From: Malacoraja senta
Lineage: Eukaryota
Length of the DNA: 64,000 bases
Assembly (NCBI GenBank): GCA_038087875.1
Contig: CM075988.1
Location: forward strand, 12,340,001-12,404,000
Direction of reading: 5' to 3'
Part shown: piece by piece, positions 24,761 through 38,370 of the stretch
How the letters are laid out: every line of letters begins with the position of its first letter
Position numbering within the stretch: position 1 is the first letter of the stretch
Translations under genes and position numbers: made by a program
Notes under the pieces: generated by a model
Database searches by the model: none
What the model was told of the DNA's origin: nothing
The model's input: only the letters and a program-made list of their open reading frames with translations

Positions 24761-25679
24761 AGCTGCTTCATGACCTGCATTCTTAATGCAATTCTACTGA
24801 AGTCAATGGAGCCGAAAGTAGTGTTGAGCATGTAATTGCAATTGTATATACATTAAATTCAAGTGACAAGGTGTGGAATACAGGGGGGCTTCTACCCCTC
24901 TGCTCACTATTCAAAGGCTGCTCCATTAAACATTGTCTATCTTCAGTGAATTGGAACTTGCTATTTTAAGTGTGACCTGAATTATAACCAATACCACAGG
25001 GCCAACAAATTCTATTCACATGGCAGGGCCTTACCTCCACTAATTCTATTCACAAATTTACTATTCACATGGCAGGGCCTTACCTCCACTAATATTCCTC
25101 TCTAGAAACAATGTGATGCACAATGGTCCCCTGCCTGAGATTGTAATTCATGCCCTCATTAGTTTCATGTAAAAGTTAATGGATTAACTAATGGGTAAAC
25201 GTACAGTAAATCAAGGGAATACAGCAAGTTAGGATTGCAGTACTTAATTTCAGTACAGGATTGATTAACTGAAGGAGGTAATCAAAATGACTGCTCTCCT
25301 TTTCTTTTAATTTTCGACGGAACATGGCATGGGCATGTTTGCTGAGAAGGCATGTGTGGATGCAAGGCGTTTGGGCTTAGATGGGGGGAAAAAAATGTTG
25401 CATTGCAATTTTTTCTGGGACTTTGAACATTAGGCTCTACTCAAAAGCCAATCCAATACATTGTGCAAAGTTTTCACTTAAAACAATGCGCATTAGCTGA
25501 GCCATGTTAGAGTTTTTCTCCCAATATGCTATTTTCAGTAAGATAACAGTAGATTCAGTTGCATGCTGCTGCTTCATCGGTGGAAGTAGCATACTTGCTT
25601 TCTTTTTGGTCTAATTTTGATAAATTATTAGAAGAAGGACAACATGGCATGCATTTCTTTCAATTTCTTTATAACTCAT

Positions 25680-25917
25680 CAGTGATCACCCCATTCTCTA
25701 CCACTATCCTGCACACCTGGGACAATTTACAATTTTACAGAAGCAAATTTACCTACAAACCCACACATTTTGGGGATGTGGAGGAGACCAGCGCACCCGG
25801 AGAAAATCCATGTGGTCACAGGAAGAATGTGGAAACTTCATACAGATAACACCTGTAGTCAGGATCAAACCGTGGTCTCTGGTGCTGTAAGGCAGCAACT
25901 CTGTCACTGTGCCACCC
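25680..25917 (-). mobile_element. V-SINE, diverged
   Basis: Reverse V-domain and head (gctgtaaggcagcaactc...gtgccaccc). Confidence 0.8.
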
Positions 25918-26728
25918 AAAGCATCCCTCCAGTAAAATTGGCAATATATTACACTACCGAGGTCCTCACTGGCCCTTGTCCACCAACCTTCATGCAAGGC
26001 AAAATTATGCATCGTCCTGTTTTTTTTCCCATTTCCTTGCACTCTGGAGAAGCATATTGCAGAGATTTCCACCATCAACAGCTGGTGTTTCCTAACAAGA
26101 ATAAAAATCACTGAAAGATCTTGAAAATATTTTGTGTCTATATTTATTTTACATTTTGCAGACATTCACATAAAATTGTCCTGCACAATTAAGTTTATTT
26201 TTCAGAGACTGGCATGGATCCAAGTTGGCATCAATTCTGAATGATTGGCAGCGATCATTTCAGCAAGGTGGCTTTTTTTGTGTACATCCGTTAGGCAGAT
26301 GTGCAGCAGAGTGGAATTTGTTGAAATTGATTAACAACTTAAAACTTTTACTGTGTCAAAGCAGCGATCTATCTTCATGTCTTGAAGTCTCACTTCTGGA
26401 CGACAGTAAATAGCTGAGTGTTGTGATTGATGGACATGTCAAACTCGTGTACTGGAGCAGTAAAGATTGAGTGGACTGGCGACATCATTGTTGTGTGCGA
26501 TCCATTTTAAGCTTTGACACATGATATACAGGTTATGTAAAAAAGAACACACAGGAAACTCAATCAATTTTGCATGTGTGTAAAATGACAAATGTACTTT
26601 TACATTCATATCAACAGTTCCATCATAAACAGCACCAAATGATGTGTTTTGTTTTCATAGGCTACTGGGTGCAGAGAGCCATGCACATGCATCGTGCTGC
26701 ATTCTAATGCCTCCTTCTCCTCGCACAT

Positions 26729-27031
26729 GGGCGGCACAGACGCAGCTGGTAGAGCTGCTGCCTCACAGCGCCAGAGACCTGGGTTCGATCCTGACCTCGG
26801 GTGCTGTCTGTGCGGAGTTTGTACACGGTCCCTGTGAAAGCATGAGTTTTTTTCCGGGTGCTCTGGTTTCCCCCACATTCCAAAAACGTACAGGGTTGTC
26901 GCTTAATTGGTCTCTGTAATTTGCCCCGAGTGCGCAAGATGCGAAAGAGTGATAACATAGAACTGGGTGATCAATGAAAGGCATGGACTCGGTTGTCTAA
27001 AGGGCCTGTTTTTATACTGTATCTCTAAACT
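26729..27031 (+). mobile_element. Full-length V-SINE (HE1-like)
   Basis: Head gggcggcac...gggttcgatcc (B box), V-domain and tail agggcctgtt...tgtatctctaaac. Confidence 0.9.
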
Positions 27032-27544
27032 CTTAAAATTGGCTTAATGCCACGTCCCTCAGTCCTGTCCGAATATTGTGGCCACTTGCATGAATGATGT
27101 GTGCTGGTAATTCATTCATGCTTTTTGAAACGGTAGGGTTAGAAAGCGACAGAACTAGGCTATCACCACATTTACACTAATAGTGAAAATTGTTTGAAAG
27201 TAAATTGTTAAACATAATAAAGCTAGAGCAATCATGAATACTTGGCCGTGGCCTTCGCTACATCTGTGTAATGTGTTCTCACTTGTAAAATGTTTCCTTT
27301 TGACTGAGGGGTTGTCTGAGTTTACAAGACTTAACACTGAAATCTCACGCCTTTACTAATATTGGCTGCTCTGCACACTACAAAAAGAGGCAAGCTCTGA
27401 TAACGCTTCAAAAGTAAAGCACTGTAATTCCTGGAAATCTAACATGAAATAACATTAGTAAAGAAAAGAATTCTAATGAAGAATCTTCAATCTGAAATAT
27501 GAACGTAGTTTCTCTTTCCACAGATGCTATCTGATTTTTTACAC

Positions 27545-27835
27545 TTTATACTTTAGAGGTACAGCAAGAAAACAGGCCCTTCAGCCCACTCAGTCTGCGC
27601 TGACCAGCATTCCCATACAGTAACACCACCCTACTCACTAGGAACAATTTACAATTTTACCAAAGCAAATTAACCAACAAACTTGTACGTCTTTGGAGTG
27701 TGGATGGAAACCGGAGCACTCGGTAGAAAACCCAAGCGGTTACAGGGAGAACGTACAAGCTCCATACAGACAGCACCTGCAGTCAGGAACAAACCTGGGT
27801 CTCTGGTGCTGTAAGGCAGCAACTCCACCACTATG
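27545..27835 (-). mobile_element. V-SINE (HE1-like)
   Basis: Same head, V-domain and tail architecture on the minus strand. Confidence 0.85.
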
Positions 27836-28589
27836 CCTTACCAAGCACATTTCTAGCTCATTTGTTTAAAATTGCAATACTGATTGCTTTGCCACTTATT
27901 AATAAGATTACACCTGAGTATGTGTTGAGAATATATGGTATAATTCACACATGGTATAGAATCACACTTGCCACGCCTTATCTAGAACCTGTTGGGACAA
28001 ATTACGAAACTCACTAAAACTTCTGAAAAGTGTTTAATTTAGTTTAATTTATTGTCACATGTACCGAGCTACAATGAAAAGCATTTCCCGGCATCACCCA
28101 GCATCAAGACTAGAATTCATCTCTGGTGCCAGTGCACTCTGTGTTGAGTCCAATTATATCTCCAAGAATACTGCGACAGCAGTTTGCTTGTTGTCGTATT
28201 ACTTCATGAGGTGAACATCAGCCAGTCAGTCGACATGCTGGGCTTGTGCATTGTCAGACATTTGCATTTTGGTTCCGAAACTCCAAAACAGCGATCACAC
28301 AGTCGCCTCCTGCACTGGTCAGCACCTATTGGAAAGAAAAGACAGCATTTTATGAGTGTCCAACAATCATTATGACCCAGACAAAATCAAATACCAATTT
28401 GTGCTCCAACAGTTTTCCATGCAGGTCTGAATGATTTATTTACTAGTACAACACAAAGCAAATTAACCTCTTGCATTTGTTTGATGTTTGTGAACAGAGG
28501 ACCCAGTGGGCAAAGAGGTTTTTTTTGCAGAAGGTGATGAAATCATGAAAGTTGACAAAGTGCATAACCTGGCCTCAACTCTAATTCTA

Positions 28590-29170
28590 TGACAATTCCC
28601 TGTAGACCTCAATGTATTTGAAAACTCATCCACCTCCGCCTTAAATACAGCTAATATCCTGGCTTCCACAAATATCTGGGGTACAGAATTACAGAAATTC
28701 ATAAGCCTCTGTGCAAAGTCTGATTTTAAAACTGATGCCTGGTTTTAAAATTCTCACACTAGTGAAAACAATTCCATATCTGTCCCTTCAGGATCTGAAA
28801 TATCTCAATAGGGTCACTTCTCATTCTTCTAAACTCCAGAGAGTTTAGACCTAAACTGTTTAGCCTCTCTTGATGGACAATCTTCTCATCAGAGGAATTA
28901 CACACGGGAATTGCCTTGAACGTTCCAATATCTATTTTTACATAAGGGAGTCAAATCCGTGGGCATTTCCCCAGGTGTGGTCTCACCTGTATAATTGTAA
29001 CAAAACTCCCTATTTCTGAACTCTTATTCTTTTGTAATGAAGGCCAACATAGCAGTTACCTTTTTAATCACGGTGCACCTGACTGCCGATTTTTTGTAAT
29101 TCATGCACTGAAAGACTTAGGACCTTCTCTCGACCACTCATTTTCAGTTTCCTTCCATTTAGATAAACTA
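28590..29170 (-). mobile_element. Degraded CR1 LINE 3' region
   Basis: Minus ORF 28463-28702 (NFCNSVPQIFVEARILAVFKAEVD) resembles the CR1 C-terminal WNSLPQ...FKxELD motif. Confidence 0.75.
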
Positions 29171-30820
29171 TCCTATCTAAAGACCCATTCCTCCTCTCCA
29201 GAGATGCTGCCTGTCCCGCTGAGTTACTCCAGCATTTTGTGTCTACCTTCGGTTTAAATCAGCATCTGCAGTTCCATCCTACACATAGATAAACAACCTT
29301 TTGATTCATCTTTGTCATGTGCCTGATCACTAAATGTCACCTGTTGATGTCCTGCAGAGATGCTGCCTGATCTGCTGAGTTACTCCACCACTTTGTGTCT
29401 CTTCTTATCTAATTCTCAAATTTTAGACGTAGGAGGAATTTCAGTGGAAATTCAAAACAAAAAAACCTTAGAAAAATAAAATATTCCACATGAAAATAAC
29501 TTGAAACAATTGAAGACTTTTGAGGTCGAAAGGCAATTGAAATTCTGTGTGCGACTGATTGTAGATTAAAAGGAATTTTGTATGTAATTTTAGAACTGTC
29601 TGGGGTTTAAAGAGATGCACCATGGAGTGCAATGTAATTCTGAGTCATTAGCACATGACAAATGCTTTTTGAAATTCTTTTGCGCTTTGAAATATTTGTT
29701 TCATTGATGGACTAGGTACTGTGACCACAGCTCCAAGGTCATGTTCTTTCTTTATCTAAATATCTACAATATTGAGGGGAAATGCAGTAATTAGCAAGTG
29801 AAATTAGTTGCTTTGCATAGACTCAGCAGAAATGGAGAACAAACTTCCAGCCTACTTTTCATGGACTGAATTCAAAAACATTTTCACAGCTGCTTGTGCA
29901 CCATGCCCTTGTCCCTGAACAGGAATTTTACAAAGAATTACATCGACATTACAGCACTAAGACAAGCTATATGACCCACCCAATCTGTTCATGACAATCT
30001 TTCCCTTGTACAAATACGTATCCTCAACACATGTGCATGCCTTATTCCAATATCTTGTTGTTCTTTTTCCACGCGTTTAATTATCTAATCTTCTTAATAC
30101 TACCGGTGTGCTTTTTGACTCAATCTCTGAATCAAGTGGTGTTCACCTCAGAATGAATGTTGCTGAGAATGTTTGAGGGAAAAGCAGTATTGCAATTATG
30201 GCGACAAGTTCCATAAATTGGGGAGATTCTTGTTGGAAAAGTGATGATTGCCAGAAATTACTGCTGTTCGTAGTTTTTCAAATAGATCACAAATGTAAAT
30301 CATGAAAAACAACTTTGCCTCATGCCCTTGACTCTGCTCTTGAATTAAATACATTCAAACCAGAAACACTATTTCAGTGGACTTGCAGCCAATCTACTAA
30401 TTTTACAGATTTGGACTAAACGTGATGCCACATACACTCATGAGGTCAATGAAAATCAAGAATAAACTGCAGATGCTGGAAATCTTGAAATAAAAAGAGA
30501 AAATGCAGGAAATATTTCAGCAGGTCAGAAACCATTTATGGAACAGGAAGAAGTTTTACTATTTCAGTTCAAAGAACCTTCTCAGTACTGGGTGGGGGAG
30601 GGGGTGGTAGTGATAAGAAGAAAGGTCTTTTTTGGTTGTGTATATCCATATTGTTACCCTCGACACATAAGAAAAGCCAACAGCTATGCACAAAATGGCT
30701 ACCGTGTTTCCCATATTGCTAAAGTGGCAACAATCCTCTCCTTGAAAAGAAGTTAAAATATCATAAAATAAGCCTCTTATTTCCCCCTCTTATGGATACA
30801 TTGTAGAATTGTGTATCTTA

Positions 30821-31611
30821 TGGGTCTGTCCCATTTAGCCGATTTTTCAGGTGACTGCCGGCGACTGTCGAGCCGTAGCAGGTCGCTGAAAAAACGGCGA
30901 CTGGAACGGCGACTGTCGGAGTGGAACACACACACACACACACACACATCGCTTCCTTCACCAGCCAGTTATGCAGGCAGGGGACAGGGCAAGCAGGGGA
31001 GCACTGTCTGAGTGAAATTCACACGGTGCAAAGCCAATGTGATACAGACACACACCGCGATGAACAGGAAGGTTGGCGCTGTAATTAACATGGTGAAAGC
31101 ACAGTATGCGGGAAGGGTCACTTAAGTCCTTTAAAAGAAGGGGGGGGGGGGGAGACGGGGTGGGGAGAAAGAGTGGAGACAACTTTTAAGAAGCCAGAGA
31201 TACACAGCTGTGAAGCTGGGTGGACATTTAACATTACCGTTCAGTTATCCTTGGTTCTGAAAACTACTGTTTACGTTTTTTATCCCAATGAGCCAAAGAA
31301 ATTCACCAGTTAGCAATGGCAACAACCTATGACAACCTATGACCTCCTGGTGACCCACTACCACTGCACCTACGTCCCATGAATTCTCGCTACTCTCCAT
31401 GGCGTCAAAATTCTGGTCGCCGCTAATTTTTCAACATGTTGTAAAATTAGCGGTGACCAGAATGCCGTTACGACTTGTTGCGAATCTGAGGGCACTACTC
31501 ACGACCTTGAAGGCGACTCCCCGGCAACCACCCACGAACATGTGACGACCATGTGGCGACTGCATAGTCTCCTGTAGTCGCCTAAAAAGTCGCCTAAGTG
31601 GGACAGGCCAA
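30821..31611. mobile_element. PIF/Harbinger-type MITE, copy A
   Basis: TIRs tgggtctgtcccatttagccgattttt / aaaaagtcgcctaagtgggacaggccaa; TWA flanks (tta and taa). Confidence 0.85.
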
Positions 31612-32462
31612 TAAGTGGCAGGATATAACTTCAGCCCTCTGATTATTGCAAAGCCAGACATACAAACATTTGAATTTGCTCTTCCGAGTGAATTGCTTGC
31701 TCTATTAACTAGTCAAACTTATATTTGCACATTCCTACAATGCAAGGTGTTAGGAATTAATTTGGACTTGTCTGGCAGTGAACCAATTGCTGTCAGCTAA
31801 GTACAATGTAATTATCACGTTATTTCTGGAAGGGTGATGTATGAAATGGGAATACTCAATATTTTCAGAAAATCTGCATGCTGATTTTCTCAAATTAAAA
31901 AAAAAGTGCTGCTTCTATTTCTTTTTTTCATAATTAATTGCAGTTTTATTACAAAAATGAAGATTTCGTAAATCCGGTTTGTCTGGAAATGGTATTTGTG
32001 AGACGTCGTGAAAAAGTCATGACAAGATGTTAGATTTTAAGCTACTTTGATCAAAAACATCAAACCTTTTGCAAAAGGAAATTTTCAAGGATTTAAAAGT
32101 GGTTCAGAAAGGTGGCCCTTCAGAAAACAATCGTGAATTTATGTGGCAATTTGCAGAACCTTAAGATATTCCAAAGCACCTTTTAGCTTTTGTAGCAATA
32201 TGTCCTGTGTGAGTAACTGTACCAGAAGTCATCAGTAAAAGATAGATGTAAAGATGACCCACTGAGTTACTCCACCACTTTGTGTGTTTTTTTTAGTTTT
32301 AACGTTTGGACATTTAAACTTTTGTGTCCTTGTTTTGATCTGTTATCACTTTTATTTTCTCCAAATTGTCCAGAAGTTTAAAAAAAAAGAGCAACTCAAT
32401 TCGTGTTCTCCATTCACTCTTGTCTCTCAGATAGAAACTCTGCATTGGGGCAGATAAAGTTA

Positions 32463-33202
32463 TGCACCTGTCCCACTTAGGCGATTATTCAGTCGCCTGA
32501 AAAACTGGGAACTGGAACGGCGACTGTCAGAGTGGAACACACACACACAAACACATCGCAAAGGCGGGGGCGAAGGCAAGCGGGGGAGCGCTGTCTAAAA
32601 AATTCCCACGGTGCATAGCCAAGGTGATACACACACCGCGATGAACAGGAAGTTTGCCGCTGTAATTAAGACAGTGAAAGCCCAGTGTACGGTAGGTCCT
32701 TTAAAAGAGGGGGGAGGTGGGGGGAAGAGGGGGGAGAAGGAGGGAGAAGGATTGGAGACAACATTTAAGAAGCCAGAGATACACGGCTGCGAAGCTTGGT
32801 GGACATTTAACATAACCGGTCGGTTCCTTGGTTCTGAAAACTACTGCTTACCTTCTTTTTTCCCCCAATGAGCCAATGAAATTCAGCACCGGCTCCAACC
32901 TTCTAGAACCTCTGAGAACCTTCGACCTCCTGGCAACCCATTAGGACCTCCTGGCAACCCATCTATGGCTCGCGAAATCTCGCTACGCTTCATGGCGGCT
33001 TCATTCTAGTCGCCGCTAATTTTTCAACATGTTGAAAAATTTGCGGTGACAATAATGAGGCCGTGACTAGTTCCCAGAATGCGGGAACTCCTCGCGACCA
33101 TAAAGGCGACTTCCCGACAACTACCCGCAAAAATGTGGCGATAATGTGGTGACTGCATTGTCTCCTGCAGTCGTCTAAAAGGTTGCCTGTGGGACAGGCC
33201 CA
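32463..33202. mobile_element. PIF/Harbinger-type MITE, copy B (same family as 30821-31611)
   Basis: TIRs tgcacctgtcccacttaggcga / ttgcctgtgggacaggccca; TTA TSD at 32460-32462 and 33203-33205; internal sequence is colinear with copy A. Confidence 0.85.
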
Positions 33203-33774
33203 TTAGAATACTTTCACCAAGACTGCAGGCAAAATGTGAAGGCTTGAAGTAAGGAATGATAAAAATTTAGTCATATTCTGGCTTTCTCAACATAAGTTTT
33301 GGACTATGTGGTCGAATTTGTAAATTACTATTAGTAAATTTACTTATTTGAAAAATCAAACATGGAAATGATGTCTGTACAGCTTTGCCCCTTTAGTTCA
33401 TCATATGTTGTGACTAAACAAAAGCATATGTTCATCATATGTTGTGACTAAACAAAAGCACATAGAATGTTTATTTAACCAATTGTAGATTTTCCCAAGA
33501 GGGGTAGTGTCAATTCATGTGTCTTGAGAAAAGCAACCATGGTGCAATGTATTTTCTGAATTATTTTGTAAACTCTAGTCAAATAAATGCACATATTATT
33601 CATTGGAAAATACATCGGCCCATAGGTTCTGTTGGAAAGCTTTTGTTTTGTAGTTTAACTGCTTAAAAAAGCTGGTTGTCAATGACTCTAGGGTCTGGGA
33701 GAAGCACATTGAGTAGGCATGACATTGCATTGTCCCTGCCTGAACTGTTGACAAATGATTAAGGCAGATTAACA

Positions 33775-33965
33775 ATTAAGATATTTTTAAGGCAGAGACA
33801 GGTAGATTGGTGTTTAGTATGTGTGTTAGGTGTTATGGGGAGGAGACAGGAGAATGAGTTTAGGAGGGAGAGATAGATCAGCCATGATTGAATGGTGGAG
33901 TAGACTTGATGAGCTGAATGGCTGAATTCTGCTCCTATCACTTATAACCTTGTGACCTTATGACC
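33775..33965 (+). mobile_element. CR1 LINE 3' tail
   Basis: gatcagccatgattgaatggtggagtagacttgat...ctcctatcacttataaccttgtgacc. Confidence 0.8.
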
Positions 33966-34744
33966 AAATATCAGAATGATGTGCCTTTAGTTATTCAGGC
34001 CCAAACCCAGGCGGTATTAAGGTAAGGCTCTGAATATTACCATTTTCATGCTTGCTTTGCATACTTTGTTGCTTTGTGGGCTGAAAGGATTTTACTGGGA
34101 GCTGTGGTGCACTGGCCAGCTACGTATCTAGGTTGTCCTGGTTATCTGGGAAATGAGAGAGAAGAGGGAGAAAGTAAAGGGATCAGAGGAAAATAACTAT
34201 TATAAGAAAATGCATATCCCACATATCTCATTATTGCCATCAATATATATTGGTGATCATCAAAGTTATTCAAACTTTTGAAATACTCAACAATGTTCTT
34301 TCTTTTGCCAGTCTAAAGCTTCAGTAGTGATACCGCACTGCACCAAAACGTCAACGAAATAATTATGGTCCACTTGCTGTTCTTCTTAGAGTTGGATAGT
34401 GAAATGAAAGAAAGATTGGAACTGTAAATGTTATTCTTTTATCCTGCAAGATCAAAATATTGGTGATTTCTTACATGGTATTTGGTTTAAAGTTATACTC
34501 AGGGGTTCTCAAGTTTAAACACTATTATTATCTGTTGAACCAGGTTGAATTGGCTTGGATTCTGTTGTCTCCGAAATATCTGAATTAGCACATACACATA
34601 TACACATACAAATATGACATATTTATGATATTGCTTACCTGCTACATTTGCAGAGGTGTTAATCTGTCATTCATAATATTAATATCACTGCTGAAACAGC
34701 AGGATTTTTGTTCTGCAAATATATCAGACATTGAGACGTGTGTG

Positions 34745-35385
34745 TTTAGTTTAGTTTAGAGATACAGCACGGAAACAGGCCCTACGGCCCACCGATCGTG
34801 CCTACCAGCGATCCCCGCACATTAACACTATCCTACAAACACTAGGGACAATTTACACATACACCAAGCCAATTAACCTACAAATCTGTACGTCTTTGGA
34901 GTGTGGGAGGAAACCAAAGATCTCGGAGAAAATCCACGCATGTCACAAGGAGAATGTACAAACTCCGTAGAGACAGCACCCACAGTCGGGTGGGTGTAGG
35001 AAGGAACTACAGATGCAGGTTTACACCAAAGATAGACACAAAATGCTGGAGTAACTCAGAGGCTCAGTCGGCATCTTTGGAGAATAGGAATAGGTGATGT
35101 TTCAGGTCGAGATCCTTCTTCAACTTGTTCTCGCAACTTGAATTAAAGACTTGAGGGTTTTATTGTCAAACTTTAGTTTAGAGATACAGGGTGGAAACAG
35201 GCCCTTCGGCCCACTGGGTCCGTGCCGACCAGTGATCTACTAACCCAAAGATCTCGGAGAAAACCCACGCAGGTCACGGGGAGAATGTACAAACTCCGTA
35301 CAGACAGCACCTGTAGTCGGGATCGAACCCAGGTCTCACGGGCTGTATTCGCTGTAAGGCAGCAACTCTACCGTGGCGCCACCAT
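34745..35385 (-). mobile_element. Cluster: V-SINE, Penelope arm (about 34995-35125) and a second, internally deleted V-SINE
   Basis: Two SINE tails (tttagtttagagatacag) at about 34745 and 35172 flank gatagacacaaaatgctggagtaactcag. Confidence 0.8.
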
Positions 35386-35469
35386 AACTGCCCTTTGTTT
35401 ACTCTTTGGAAGATATGAATACAGGCAAGAGTGACAATCAGTAGTGAATTCTGACTTTCGTAACAAAGG

Positions 35470-35730
35470 TTTGATCAATCTTTCCCTCTCTCCTGCCTTC
35501 GCTCTATAACCTTTGACAACCTTTCGAATCAAGAACCTTTCAATCTCCACTTCAAAAATGCACAATGACTTGGTCTCCACTGCCATCAGTGGCAATGAAT
35601 TTCACAGGTTCACCACCCTCTATCTAAATAAAGTCCTCCTCATCGCCATTATAAAGGTACATCCTTTTATTCTGAGGCTGTGCCCTCTGTTCTCAGACTC
35701 TTCCACGACTGGAAATGTCTTCTCCACATT
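35470..35730 (-). mobile_element. CR1 LINE 3' fragment
   Basis: Minus ORF 35368-35595 (PLMAVETKSLCIFEVEIERFLIRKVVKGY) resembles the CR1 C-terminus. Confidence 0.8.
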
Positions 35731-37997
35731 TCACTCAGCCTATCTATGAATGATGATAACGTTGTCATGAAGGGTTTAGACTGATTTTTTTGCTTTGTTT
35801 TTTCAATCTTTCCAGGTTGTCCATAAGGAAACTACTATCTGCTTGAAGACTGAATAGCCAGCATCCCTTTTGTTCCATTAATACTGCCACTAAAATATGT
35901 TGACTTTGCAACAGAACAAACACACCACTTTCTCACTGCCTAATGAAACATTCTCATGTAACAGAATGCTTGGAAACTGATGAAACTTTCAATACTTGCA
36001 GGCAGGTTTGAAACATGGTCAGCCCTTGGGATGCAACTATGCAATTACTGCTTGTGAAGCAGGTGCTACAGCACCTGTGTAATCAAGTGGTGCACGCCAG
36101 GCAATTTAATAAAATCAAGTTATGATTTCAAAAAATATAAATGGCATTTCAGGAGAGATTTTTTAATCGGAAGAATGCAATTTAATGCAGTACACTTTAA
36201 GGAATATTTTGAATGGAATACTGAATACCATTTAAAATTCAAATTTTTACATAGAAGTATTAAAAAAAACTACTACAAATGATAAAAAATAACACTGTTG
36301 GATACTTTTTGAATAGGTTTGTGCAAATTTTGGCTTTTTCCAATTTCTTTGCGCTTTGGGTTTTATTTATAGCTGAGGCGGTATCATATTCCAATCTCAC
36401 GACTGTGCAAGTCCAGGATGCCGATGAAATTGTCAGCGATTGCAGGAGTGGATTCCTCGTCAAGTCCACTCCTTGCAATTCCACCAGATTCACACTGACT
36501 AGTTTAGTTTTTATTTAGTTTAATTTCGAGATATAGCTCGGAAACAGGCCCTTCGGCCCACCGAGTCTGCACCGAGTCTGCAAAACCTAAGTACAGTTGC
36601 AGGAATAATCAACCTCAAGACGAGAAACAAAAGAAATCTGCAGATGCAGGCAAAATAATTCTAAAATGGAAATAGAGAAGGCTTGAACCACTCAGTAGGC
36701 CGGGCCACATCTGCGGGAAGGGAAGCAGAGTTAACAAATCAGGGCAAAGAGTTGTTTCTCCTTCTACGGATGCAGCATGGCTTGGTGTGTATTTCTAGTC
36801 TTTTCTGTTTGTAGTTTAGATCTCAAGATGGGAGTTAGTGATAGACATGGGTACAAATACTGGCCTGTGGATATTGACGAGCTCAAAGCTCTTTTGAACC
36901 GTACAATATTTACATGCACTGCATTTTACAATATATGAGAAACTTCTCATGAACAGGTTTAGAGGGATATGGGTCAAATGTGAGCAGGTCGGACAAGTGC
37001 AGATAGGACATCTTTGTTGGCATGGGCAAGTTGAGCTGAAGGCCCTGTTTCAATGCTGTATGACTTCATGATTCTATTAAAGAAAATCAAGGACTTGGTG
37101 CGTGGATTAAAGGATTACTGTCCAAATGGTATGCTAACGCACCAATGTGCCATGGCATAGGCAGAGAGTCCAGTCGCTCATGAAGAAGCAGGCATGCAGA
37201 ATGTGTGGGAGGCTGTTTAGAAAATCTCATAGGGGATGAGCCCAAGTCTTCCAGCGTCACTCGGATCCTGTCACTGAGGATCATATTCTCATCTGCATTG
37301 CCTGCAGCCTTCAGAAGCCTCTTGTCCTTTCACTGCTCGACCATGACCAAACAATCACAATGTGATTCGAAACGAGGGGGGGTAAAATTAACAATAATGA
37401 TGAATGTTGTGTGTCTGGAGAAACTTACAAAATTGCCTAGCTGTAGAAGGCTTGCTGGTCATTATGAAATAACTCCCAAATGATAAAGAATTAATATTGA
37501 AAAATAAAACAAGAAGCCACATCTGTTTTATAAGCTCAGGACATTGAAAATTTGCACAAAAATTGGATCAATTAGCAGCTGTTTATTAGGCACCAAAGCA
37601 GCACAAATTGATTTCACCCTTAGTTGACCATGCTGGCAATCATATCTGGATGAAATTGGACCTTGCAGCTTTGGCTGATATCCACTGTAACCTATTTGAT
37701 TGTTTACACGTTGGCAGAACCACATGAAATTATGTCACAGGTTCGGCAGTGCACTTTCACCCCCTGCTGACCGAGCCTGGAACTCCGTCAATGTCAAGCA
37801 GCAGTTGTAAAAAGGAAGGAACACATTGCACCCAGATCATCAAAGAGATGTGTGTTAAAGAGTTTCCATTCTGACATTCACATACAGCATTTGCCTCCCT
37901 CCTTGCTCAAATGTGGGCCAAATACGGTATGCACCTCAGTGTGACAATCATTGGTACACACCTACCCATGGTATAAGACTCCATATCATTGATTAGG

Positions 37998-38370
37998 AAC
38001 ATAGAAACATAGAAAATAAGTGCAGGAGTAGGTCATTCGGCCCTTCGAGCCAACACCGCCATTCAATATGATCATGGCTGATCCAAAATCAGTACCCGTT
38101 CCTGCTTTCTCTCCATATCCCTTGATTCAGTTAGCCCTAAGAGCTCTATTTAACTCTCTCTTGCAGACATCCAGTGAATTGGCCTTCTCTGCCTTCTGAG
38201 AATTCCACAGATTCACAACTCTCTGGGTGAAAACGTTTTTCCTCATCTCAGTTCTAAATGGCCTACCCCTTATTCTTGTGACCCTGGTTCTGGACTCCCC
38301 CAACATCAGGAACATTTTCCCTGCATCTGGCCTGTCCAATCCCTTAAGAATTTTATATGTTTCTATAAGA
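37998..38370 (-). mobile_element. CR1 LINE 3' fragment
   Basis: Encodes LIETYKILKGLDR...FTQRVVNLWNS; (catagaaa)n tail. Confidence 0.9.

Noticed and set aside
26729..26800. tRNA-like A/B box sequence
   Set aside because: It is the head of a V-SINE that continues into the V-domain and LINE-like tail, not a tRNA gene.
35816..35857. Plus-strand acceptor followed by VVHKETTICLKTE*, reminiscent of the protein 4.1 (EPB41 family) C-terminal VVVHKET
   Set aside because: Only a 6-residue resemblance, no upstream 4.1-like exons in the window, and the remaining residues do not match; probably chance.
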